A stretch of 38,361 nt of DNA from Frankiales bacterium (lineage in GTDB: Bacteria > Actinomycetota > Actinomycetes > Mycobacteriales > SCTD01). Location: the NCBI GenBank assembly GCA_025966295.1, contig JAOPVD010000330.1, positions 1-38,361 on the forward strand. The letters are read 5' to 3'. The position numbers were made by a program, and so were the translations under genes. The notes under the pieces are model-generated. The model was not told the DNA's origin. It ran no database searches and was given only the letters and a program-made list of their open reading frames with translations. Positions 8,686 to 15,709 of the stretch are shown in pieces. The stretch's first letter is position 1; each line of letters begins with the position of its first letter.

Positions 8686-9010
8686 CGTCCCACCCGTCAA
8701 GCCCTCGGCAGCACCACCGCCGGGGGCTTTCGGCTTGTGGTCGTCCCGCTCGCCGGGGCCGGCGCCACCCGCGGGCTTGGGGGACTCGCGGGTGACGCCG
8801 ACGTCTTCCTGGAATGCCACCGTCAGGACACCACTCCGGAACGGCACCGTCGTGATGCAGATGGCGCAGATGAGCTGCTCACCCGGAGTGACCGCCGTCA
8901 CAGTCACCCGATGGGGTGAACGACAGGACCGCGCGCGTGTCGTACGGTCCGCGGTCCCCTGGCGGCTGCCACCCTGAGCGCGTGAGCCACTCCTGGACCT
9001 GATCTCGCGC

Positions 9011-9070
9011 CGATCATGGAATGTGTGCGCACCCGCTGAGCGTGCGGGGCGGGCACTCAGTCCATGATCG
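9011..9070 (+). repeat. 60-bp palindromic intergenic element, copy A
   Basis: CGATCATGGAATGTGTGCGCACCCGCTGAGCGTGCGGGGCGGGCACTCAGTCCATGATCG. The 10-bp perfect termini are CGATCATGGA/TCCATGATCG. It shares the asymmetric core CTGAGCGTGCGG(G/C)GCGGGCA with the copies at 20867, 22147 and 29167. Confidence 0.85.
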
Positions 9071-9232
9071 GCGGGGGAAACGCCGGAACGGCGCCGCACC
9101 TGTAGGGGTGCGACGCCGTTCAGAGGTCTCGTGGCCGCCCTCGGGGGGTGGGCGGACCGAGGCCAGCGCCGGCGGAGGCCGACGGCTGGGGGACCGCCGA
9201 GCCCAGGCTCTGGGCATGCCTGCCGGCAAGGA

Positions 9233-9259
9233 CCGGGGGCCAGGATCGCCGGCCCCCGG
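9233..9259 (-). terminator. Hairpin terminator downstream of bldC
   Basis: CCGGGGGCC-N9-GGCCCCCGG is a perfect 9-bp stem 7 nt after the bldC stop. On the minus strand it is followed by TCCTTGCC. Confidence 0.5.
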
Positions 9260-9265
9260 AGACGA

Positions 9266-9469
9266 TCAGCTGTTGCGGGGCTGCGGGATGCCGGCGAGCA
9301 GGCCGCGGACCTCGGCCTCGCGGTAGCGACGGTGGCCGCCCAAGGTCCGGATCGAGGTGAGCTTGCCGCTCTTGGCCCAGCGGGTGACGGTCTTGGGGTC
9401 GACGCGGAACATCGACGCGACCTCAGCGGGGGTCAGCAGGGCCTCGGCATCGGGAGTTCGGGTGCTCAT
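9266..9469 (-). CDS. bldC: BldC, small MerR/excisionase-like developmental DNA-binding protein
   Basis: The 67-aa product MSTRTPDAEALLTPAEVASMFRVDPKTVTRWAKSGKLTSIRTLGGHRRYREAEVRGLLAGIPQPRNS is near-identical in pattern to Streptomyces BldC as I recall it. GAGGA lies upstream of the ATG at 9469. A vdh gene nearby matches the S. coelicolor arrangement. Confidence 0.9.
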   Translation of the reverse strand: MSTRTPDAEALLTPAEVASMFRVDPKTVTRWAKSGKLTSIRTLGGHRRYREAEVRGLLAGIPQPRNS

Positions 9470-9555
9470 TGTGCTGTCCTCTCGGCGGAGCTGTCTCGAG
9501 CGGGCTTGCTCGCCTGCTCCGAGCATGACAGTGCCCGATGCCCCGGTTGTCCGAA

Positions 9556-9573
9556 ATGGCCCGAGCGGGCCAT
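9556..9573 (-). terminator. Hairpin terminator
   Basis: Minus strand reads ATGGCCC-GCTC-GGGCCAT followed by TTCGG, 33 nt downstream of the stop of the 283-aa gene. Confidence 0.45.
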
Positions 9574-9605
9574 CTTGGGACTAGTCATCCCGGCCACCCC
9601 GTGAC

Positions 9606-10457
9606 TCAGTTGGCCGACTCCACGCTCTGGAGCGCCTTCATCCGAGCGGTCATCCGACCGTACGCCGCCGCCGCCTCGGCGCCGTCGCCGGCCGCCAGCT
9701 TGCTCAGCGCCGCCGCCATGTCCCGGGCCGACTCGTCCTGGCTCAGCTCGGCGTCGTCGAGCAGGTGCACCAGGTCGCCGTAGTCGAGCTCGACCAACGA
9801 CCGCGGGTGGAACTCCTCCAGCCAGCGTCCCAGGTCCTCGACGCCCTCGGTGACGGTGACGTCGTCGACGGCGGTCCGCAGCACCGCCAGCGCCCGGGCC
9901 ACCCGGCGGCGGGCCCGCGACATCGCGGTCCGGTAGACCAGCGAGCGCCCGGTGCGGCGCCCGACGACGGTGCCGGAGGCGTCGACGGGCGCACCGACCG
10001 ACACCTCCCGCTCGTCCGGGTCGACGAGCACGAACCAGCGCAGCGGCACCTGCCAGGTGCAGGTCCGCACGTGCGTGGTGGTGGTGCCGTGCTCGGCCCG
10101 CCAGCGGTCGAGCTCGACCTCGGCCCGCTCCAGCAGCCCCGCCGGCGCGAACGCGTCGGCCACCACGTCCGGCAGCTCGGCGCAGAAGTCGAGCAGTGCC
10201 TCCATCGAGCGCACCCCGGTGCGCCACGGGCTGACCAGCGTCACGCCGTCGACGTCCAGCACGTGCGCGTGCTCGCCCACGACCGGCAGCGTCCGGGACA
10301 CCAGGGCCTGCAGCGCCACCGCCCGCTCGAGCGCGACACCGGCCTGCGGGCTGAGGTGGCAGCCCTCCGCGACGTACCGCTCCCAGTGGGCGCGCTCCTC
10401 GCCGTCGAAGGCCGCGAGGGGCTCGTAGACGCGCAAACTCGCCGCGAAGACCGTCAC
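9606..10457 (-). CDS. Conserved hypothetical protein
   Basis: 283-aa ORF with a GTG start and a protein-like composition (MTVFAASLRVYEPLAAFDGEERAHWERYVAEG...). It sits between bldC and vdh, like the conserved hypothetical gene in Streptomyces. I recognise no domain. Confidence 0.7.
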   Translation of the reverse strand: MTVFAASLRVYEPLAAFDGEERAHWERYVAEGCHLSPQAGVALERAVALQALVSRTLPVVGEHAHVLDVDGVTLVSPWRTGVRSMEALLDFCAELPDVVADAFAPAGLLERAEVELDRWRAEHGTTTTHVRTCTWQVPLRWFVLVDPDEREVSVGAPVDASGTVVGRRTGRSLVYRTAMSRARRRVARALAVLRTAVDDVTVTEGVEDLGRWLEEFHPRSLVELDYGDLVHLLDDAELSQDESARDMAAALSKLAAGDGAEAAAAYGRMTARMKALQSVESAN

Positions 10458-10569
10458 GCCGTCATCGTCGCACGCGCCCGGTCGCTAGCCTGACCGTGAC
10501 GGGGCACACCTCCCCCGCACCCGCGCCGCCGCGCCACAAGCGCTGGCCTCCAGCAAAGGATGTTCGCCC

Positions 10570-11655
10570 GTGGGCGTCTTCGACCGCACCGACCACCTCA
10601 AGGACGCGGGACACGAGCAGGTCGTGTTCTGCCAGGACCCGCAGAGCGGGCTCCGCGCGATCATCGCGATCTACAGCACCGCTCTCGGCCCCGCGCTCGG
10701 CGGCACCCGCTTCTACCCGTACGCCGACGAGGCGGCGGCGCTGTCGGACGTGCTGGCGCTGTCCAAGGCGATGGCCTACAAGGCGGCCTGCGCCGGCGTC
10801 GACCTCGGCGGCGGCAAGGCGGTCATCCTCGGTGACCCCGCCACCCTGAAGAGCGAGCCCCTGCTGCGCGCCTTCGGCCGGATGGTGGAGTCCCTCGGCG
10901 GTCGGTACTACACGGCCTGCGACGTCGGCACCTACGTGCAGGACATGGACGTGATCGCCAAGGAGTCGCGGTTCGTCACCGGCCGGTCGCCGGAGCACGG
11001 CGGCGCCGGTGACAGCGCCGTCCTCACGGCGTACGGGGTGTTCCAGGCGATGCGGGCCGCGGCCGAGCACACCTGGGGGGCGCCGACGCTGCACGGCAAG
11101 CGGGTCGCGGTGGAGGGCGTCGGGAAGGTGGGCTTCCACCTGGTCGAGCACCTGCTCGAGGACGGCGCCGCGGTGGTGGTCTCCGACGTCAACCCGGTCG
11201 CGCTGGAGCGGGTGCAGGCGCTGTCGAGCGCGGTCACCGTCGCCTCCGTCGCCGAGCTGCCGTCCCTGGACGTGGACGTCTACGCGCCGTGCGCGCTCGG
11301 CGCCTCGCTGTCCGACAGCCTCCTACCGACGCTGCAGGCCCGGATCGTCTGCGGCGCCGCCAACAACCAGCTCGCGCACCCCGGCATCGAGAAGGTGCTG
11401 GCCGACCACGGGGTGCTCTACACCCCCGACTACGTCGCCAACGCCGGCGGCCTCATCCAGGTCGCCGACGAGATCGGCGGCTTCCGCTTCGAGCGGGCCA
11501 AGGCCAAGGCCGGCAAGATCTTCGACACCACGCTGAAGATCTTCCGCACGGCCGACGCCGAGGGCGTCCCGCCGGCGGTCGCCGCCGACCGCCTGGCCGA
11601 GCGCCGGATGGCCGATGTCGGCCGGCTCCGCACGATGCTGCTGCCCGGTCGCTAG
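10570..11655 (+). CDS. vdh: Valine/leucine dehydrogenase (Glu/Leu/Phe/Val dehydrogenase family)
   Basis: 361 aa, with AAGGA 9 nt upstream of the GTG. Motifs [30 protein letters not shown], the NAD-binding GVGKVG and CGAANNQL closely parallel Streptomyces Vdh. Confidence 0.9.
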   Translation: MGVFDRTDHLKDAGHEQVVFCQDPQSGLRAIIAIYSTALGPALGGTRFYPYADEAAALSDVLALSKAMAYKAACAGVDLGGGKAVILGDPATLKSEPLLRAFGRMVESLGGRYYTACDVGTYVQDMDVIAKESRFVTGRSPEHGGAGDSAVLTAYGVFQAMRAAAEHTWGAPTLHGKRVAVEGVGKVGFHLVEHLLEDGAAVVVSDVNPVALERVQALSSAVTVASVAELPSLDVDVYAPCALGASLSDSLLPTLQARIVCGAANNQLAHPGIEKVLADHGVLYTPDYVANAGGLIQVADEIGGFRFERAKAKAGKIFDTTLKIFRTADAEGVPPAVAADRLAERRMADVGRLRTMLLPGR

Positions 11656-11661
11656 CCCGAG

Positions 11662-12231
11662 CTACAGCCCGCAGTTGACCTTGAAGACGGTGCCGGGGAG
11701 CTGCCCGTCGTACTGCTTGGGCACGGTGGTCTTGACGGTGCTGCCGCCCAGCTCGACCTTGGCCTTGGCGGTCTCGTTGAGCGACCGGTACCAGTCGACG
11801 ACCAGCACGTAGGTCCGGCCGCTCCTGAGCACGCCGGCCGGCACGAACACCTTCTCGCTCGTGTTGCCAAAGCCGCCGCAGCTGTCCACCGTCACCGTGC
11901 TGCCGTCCTTGAGGACCTCACCGATGTACAGGTCGATGTCGGAGGCCGGGTTGGTCCAGGTGACGGTGGCCATCAGGTCGCCCTTGACGCCCTTGGCCGG
12001 CTTGTACACGAAGGGCAGTCGTGCGCAGCGCGGGGCGGCGCAGTCGGCCCGGTCGACGCTCGTCAGGGAGGCGTTGTCCTTGTCGTTGCTCTGCAGGCCG
12101 CCGGAGGCGGTGAGGGTGAGGACCTTGACCTTCTTGCCGTCGAGGGTCTTCGGCGGGGCGGCCTCAGCGCCGACCGTGCTGAGCGCGAGGGCGCCGGCGA
12201 GGACGGCGGCACTGACGAGACGGACCTTCAT
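11662..12231 (-). CDS. Secreted protein with PPC (pre-peptidase C-terminal)-like beta domain
   Basis: The 189-aa tail of ORF 11662..13785. ATG at 12231 with AGGAG upstream. Signal peptide MKVRLVSAAVLAGALALSTVGAEA-AP. The pattern WTNPASDIDLYIG...GRTYVLVVDWY resembles PPC domains. Confidence 0.7.
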   Translation of the reverse strand: MKVRLVSAAVLAGALALSTVGAEAAPPKTLDGKKVKVLTLTASGGLQSNDKDNASLTSVDRADCAAPRCARLPFVYKPAKGVKGDLMATVTWTNPASDIDLYIGEVLKDGSTVTVDSCGGFGNTSEKVFVPAGVLRSGRTYVLVVDWYRSLNETAKAKVELGGSTVKTTVPKQYDGQLPGTVFKVNCGL

Positions 12232-12453
12232 GGAGGCTCCTGGGATCGCTGGGTCCTGGGGTCTTCGCCACCGGAGCCCGTGCTCCTGCACGCCGCCCCC
12301 AACACCTGGCGTGGGGGCCCGTTCCGGAACGCGGCGCACGTCACCCGCCTCCCGGCGTGTCCCCGGGGCTCTCACCCTGTAGATTGGAGGGCCAGGGCGG
12401 CGTCGTTCGACACCGCTCATGCCGGATCCAGCACTCCTCGAGGGGGTCGAGCC

Positions 12454-12633
12454 ATGGGGCGCGGCCGTGCCAAGGCCAAGCAGACCAAGGTCGCGCGCGA
12501 GCTCAAGTACAGCACCGGCTCGCTCGACCCGGACGCGCTCAAGCGCGAACTGGCGTCGCAGGGACCCGGCGGGCTGTCGACCCGCTCGGCGCACGACGAC
12601 GACGAGACCGAGATCGACGACGACGAGGAGTAG
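12454..12633 (+). CDS. DUF3073 family small protein
   Basis: MGRGRAKAKQTKVARELKY... with an acidic tail DDDETEIDDDEE, the conserved actinobacterial family normally found beside purM. The ATG at 12454 lies inside ORF 12280..12633. Confidence 0.85.
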   Translation: MGRGRAKAKQTKVARELKYSTGSLDPDALKRELASQGPGGLSTRSAHDDDETEIDDDEE

Positions 12634-12646
12634 CTCCTCAGCGTCC

Positions 12647-12682
12647 GGAAGGGCGGTACCGCTCCGGCGGTGCCGCCCTTCC
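12647..12682 (+). terminator. 16-bp hairpin terminator after the DUF3073 gene
   Basis: GGAAGGGCGGTACCGC-TCCG-GCGGTGCCGCCCTTCC, with one G-T wobble, 13 nt after the stop. Confidence 0.65.
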
Positions 12683-12710
12683 GCATGCCCGCTCCCTGCC
12701 GCCGTACCGC

Positions 12711-12744
12711 TCCCTCCCGCCGTCCCCTCCCTCCCGCCGTCCCC
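12711..12744. repeat. Tandem 17-bp C-rich repeat (TCCCTCCCGCCGTCCCC x2, plus a degenerate copy at 12691-12710)
   Basis: Two perfect adjacent copies, read directly from the sequence. Confidence 0.85.
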
Positions 12745-12750
12745 CTCCCC

Positions 12751-12817
12751 GGTGATCCACGGAACCAGCGCCGCCCTTTGGGGACCCGAAACGCAGGCGC
12801 CGGTTCCGTGGATCACC
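12751..12817. repeat. 67-bp hairpin element, copy 1 (GGTGATCCACGGAACC...GGTTCCGTGGATCACC)
   Basis: 22-nt arms with one mismatch and a 23-nt loop GCCCTTTGGGGACCCGAAACGCA. Pyrimidine-rich left flank and purine-rich right flank that are partly complementary. Confidence 0.9.
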
Positions 12818-12911
12818 CCAAGAAGGGAGCGGAGCGGCGGGTACGGCGGGAAGCGGGCGCCCCGAACGGCGCAGCTGCTCCGGCGGTGCCGCCCTCCCGC
12901 CGCCCCTCCCC

Positions 12912-12978
12912 GGTGATCCACGGAACCGGCGCCGCTCTCTGGGGGCCCGAAACGTAGGCGCCCGTTCCGTGGATCACC
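12912..12978. repeat. 67-bp hairpin element, copy 2
   Basis: Arms GGTGATCCACGGAACCGGCGCC / GGCGCCCGTTCCGTGGATCACC, loop GCTCTCTGGGGGCCCGAAACGTA. It lies 161 bp from copy 1 and is flanked by CCCTCCCC / GGGAGGGG runs. Confidence 0.9.
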
Positions 12979-13022
12979 GGGAGGGGGGAGCGGGAGGGGA
13001 GAGCGAGAGTGGGGAGAGCGGG

Positions 13023-14063
13023 TTAGGCGGGGTGGGTGCCCTCGAGGAGGGCGTTGCCGTCGCCGGGGACCATGTCGCCCAGGACCCAGGCGTCGACGTG
13101 CCGGGCCGTGAGCAGCGCCAGCGTGCGGTCCACGTCGGCGGCCGGCACGACCGCCACCATCCCGACGCCCATGTTGAACGTCCGCTCCATCTCGGCCTGC
13201 TCGACCCGGCCGCGGCCCTGCACCAGGCCGAACACCGGCGGCGGGGTCCAGGTGGCGCGGTCCAGCCGGGCGCTGAGGTGGGCCGGCAGGACCCGGGCCA
13301 GGTTGGCGGCCAGGCCACCGCCGGTGACGTGCGAGAACGCGTGCACGTCGGTCTCGGCGATGATCGCGAGGCAGTCCTTGGAGTAGATCCGGGTCGGCGT
13401 GAGGAGCTCCTCGCCGAGCGGCCGGGCCAGCTCGTCGACGTAGGCCTCGAGGCGCATCCGGGCGCCCTGCAGCAGCACGTGCCGCACCAGGCTGAAGCCG
13501 TTGGAGTGCACCCCCGAGCTGGCCATCGCGATCACCACGTCGCCGGCCTCGATCCGGTCGGCGCCCAGCACCGCGTCGGCCTCCACGACGCCCACGCCGG
13601 TGCCGGCGATGTCGTAGTGGTCGTCGGCCATCAGGCCGGGGTGCTCGGCGGTCTCGCCGCCGACCAGCGCGCAGCCGGCCAGCTCGCAGCCGGTGGCGAT
13701 GCCGCCGACGATCTCGGCGACCCGCTCCGGTACGACCCGGCCGACGGCGATGTAGTCCTGCATGAACAGCGGCTCGGCGCCGCACACGACCAGGTCGTCG
13801 ACGACCATGCCGACCAGGTCGATGCCGACCGTGTCGTGCTTGTCCATCGCCTGCGCGATGGCCAGCTTGGTGCCGACGCCGTCGGTGCTGGAGGCCAGCA
13901 GCGGATCCCGGTACTTCTTCAGGTCCAGCCGGAACAGCCCGGCGAAGCCGCCCAGCCCTCCGACCACCTCCGGCCGGGTGGCGCGGGCCACCTTGCTCTT
14001 CATGAGCTCGACGGCCCGGTCACCGGCCTCGATGTCGACCCCTGCCGACGCGTACGAGGTCAC
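13023..14063 (-). CDS. purM: Phosphoribosylformylglycinamidine cyclo-ligase (AIR synthetase)
   Basis: 346 aa starting from the GTG at 14063 (VTSYASAGVDIEAGDRAVE...). Also present are STDGVGTKL, GGETAE and the GFSL motifs. The start overlaps the purF stop (GTGA). Confidence 0.9.
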   Translation of the reverse strand: MTSYASAGVDIEAGDRAVELMKSKVARATRPEVVGGLGGFAGLFRLDLKKYRDPLLASSTDGVGTKLAIAQAMDKHDTVGIDLVGMVVDDLVVCGAEPLFMQDYIAVGRVVPERVAEIVGGIATGCELAGCALVGGETAEHPGLMADDHYDIAGTGVGVVEADAVLGADRIEAGDVVIAMASSGVHSNGFSLVRHVLLQGARMRLEAYVDELARPLGEELLTPTRIYSKDCLAIIAETDVHAFSHVTGGGLAANLARVLPAHLSARLDRATWTPPPVFGLVQGRGRVEQAEMERTFNMGVGMVAVVPAADVDRTLALLTARHVDAWVLGDMVPGDGNALLEGTHPA

Positions 14064-15616
14064 GGCCGGCTCAGGGCGTCGCCGCCACCGGCTCCCGGGA
14101 CGAGGGCGTCGGGGGACGGACCCACACCGTTGTGCACGACCGGCTCCTCTGGTGTCACGCTGCGGCTCAGGCCCTCGAGGACGTGCTTGCCGATGAGGTC
14201 CTGCTCGGGAAGGGCGATCGGGTAGTCGCCGGTGAAGCACGCGCGGCACAGCCGGTCGGCCGTCTGCTGCGTGGCGGCGGTGAGCCCCTCGAGGCTGACG
14301 AAGGCGAGCGAGTCGGCGCCGATGGAGGCCCGGATCTCCTCGACCGTGAGGCCGTTGGCGATGAGCTCGGCCTTGCTGGCGAAGTCGATGCCGTAGAAGC
14401 ACGGGTCGGTGACCGGCGGCGAGGAGATCCGGACGTGCACCTCGGCCGCGCCGGCCTCGCGCAGCATCCGCACCAGCGCCCGCTGGGTGTTGCCGCGCAC
14501 GATCGAGTCGTCCACGACCACCAGGCGTTTGCCGCGGATGACCTCGCGCAGCGGGTTGAGCTTGAGCCGGATGCCGAGCTGCCGGATGGTCTGCGACGGC
14601 TGGATGAAGGTGCGACCGACGTAGGCGTTCTTCACCAGGCCCATGCCGTACGGGATGCCGCTCTGCTCGGCGTACCCGACCGCCGCGGGGGTGCCGGACT
14701 CGGGCACCGGGATGACCAGGTCGGCGTCGACCGGCGCCTCCCAGGCCAGGGTGCGGCCGATCTGCACCCGGGTCGTGTAGACGCTCGAGCCGGCGATGGT
14801 GGTGTCCGGCCGGGCGAGGTAGACGTACTCGAACAGGCAGCCCTTGGGGGTGGCCGCGGCGAACCGGCGGGTCCGCAGCCCGTGCTCGTCCACGACCAGC
14901 AGCTCGCCAGGCTCCACCTCGCGCACGAAGGTGGCGCCGACGATGTCGAGCGCGGCGGTCTCGCTGGCGACCACCCAGCCGCCCTCCAGCCGCCCCAGCA
15001 CCAGCGGCCGGACGCCGTGCGGGTCGCGGGCGGCGTACAGGGTGTGCTCGTCCATGAAGACGAGGCTGAAGGCGCCCTGCAGCGTCGGGAGGATCTCCAG
15101 GGCCGCGTCCTCGAGCGTGCGGTCGGCGCTCGCCGCCAGCAGCGCGGTGATGAGGTCGGAGTCGTTGGTGGCGCCCATCGCGTCCTTCTCGAGACCGAGA
15201 TCCCGGACGCGGCCGTACAGCTCGCTGGTGTTGGTGAGGTTGCCGTTGTGGCCGAGCGCCAGGCTGCCGCCGGTGGACAGCGTGCGGAACGACGGCTGGG
15301 CGTTCTCCCAGGTGCAGGACCCGGTGGTGCTGTAGCGGCAGTGGCCGATGGCCAGGTGCCCCTTCATGGCGCCCAGGATCGCCTCGTCGAAGACCTGCGC
15401 GACCAGGCCGAGCTCCTTGTAGACCACGGTGGCGGCGCCGTCGCTGACGGCCATGCCGGCGGCCTCCTGGCCGCGGTGCTGCAGCGCGTACAGCCCGTAG
15501 TACGTCAGCTTGGCGACGTCCTCACCCGGAGCCCAGACCCCGAAGACCCCGCACTCCTCGCCGACCGGCTTCTCAGGGGTGTACAGGTCCTCGTTCTTGC
15601 CGTGTGCAGAGGGCAC
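14060..15616 (-). CDS. purF: Amidophosphoribosyltransferase
   Basis: GTG at 15616 with GAGGAG 7 nt upstream. The propeptide is followed by CGVFGVWAP and YALQHRGQEAAG, then the PRPP loop VVVDDSIVRGNT and C-terminal Cys residues (CFYGID, CRACFTGDYP). Confidence 0.9.
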   Translation of the reverse strand: MPSAHGKNEDLYTPEKPVGEECGVFGVWAPGEDVAKLTYYGLYALQHRGQEAAGMAVSDGAATVVYKELGLVAQVFDEAILGAMKGHLAIGHCRYSTTGSCTWENAQPSFRTLSTGGSLALGHNGNLTNTSELYGRVRDLGLEKDAMGATNDSDLITALLAASADRTLEDAALEILPTLQGAFSLVFMDEHTLYAARDPHGVRPLVLGRLEGGWVVASETAALDIVGATFVREVEPGELLVVDEHGLRTRRFAAATPKGCLFEYVYLARPDTTIAGSSVYTTRVQIGRTLAWEAPVDADLVIPVPESGTPAAVGYAEQSGIPYGMGLVKNAYVGRTFIQPSQTIRQLGIRLKLNPLREVIRGKRLVVVDDSIVRGNTQRALVRMLREAGAAEVHVRISSPPVTDPCFYGIDFASKAELIANGLTVEEIRASIGADSLAFVSLEGLTAATQQTADRLCRACFTGDYPIALPEQDLIGKHVLEGLSRSVTPEEPVVHNGVGPSPDALVPGAGGGDALSRP

Positions 15617-15709
15617 GCGGGGTCTCCTCGGAAGGGGGGAGGGAGGGAAGCCGACGGGTCCGAGTGTACCGGCGCGGGGTGTCGGCACCGGGCTGTGCGG
15701 CCCCTCCGC

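Noticed and set aside
8425-9265. A tRNA-Glu/Asp/Phe cluster followed by a 580-bp gene-poor spacer and an excisionase-like gene (bldC) could indicate an integrated element at tRNA-Phe.
   Set aside because: There is no integrase and no direct repeat of the tRNA-Phe 3' end. bldC is a conserved core developmental regulator with the same vdh neighbourhood as in Streptomyces.
12751-12978. Two palindromic repeats 161 bp apart could suggest a minimal CRISPR array.
   Set aside because: There are only two copies. The repeats are 67 bp with 22-nt perfect arms, far longer than CRISPR repeats. The sequence between them is itself repeat-derived, and no cas genes are nearby.
15617-15709. I looked for purine, ZTP or PRPP-type riboswitch-like leaders upstream of purF, purB, purD and purC.
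   Set aside because: I could not recognise the conserved cores of these classes by eye in any pur leader here. Only the purA leader hairpin looked structured. A cmsearch against Rfam would be needed to exclude them formally.
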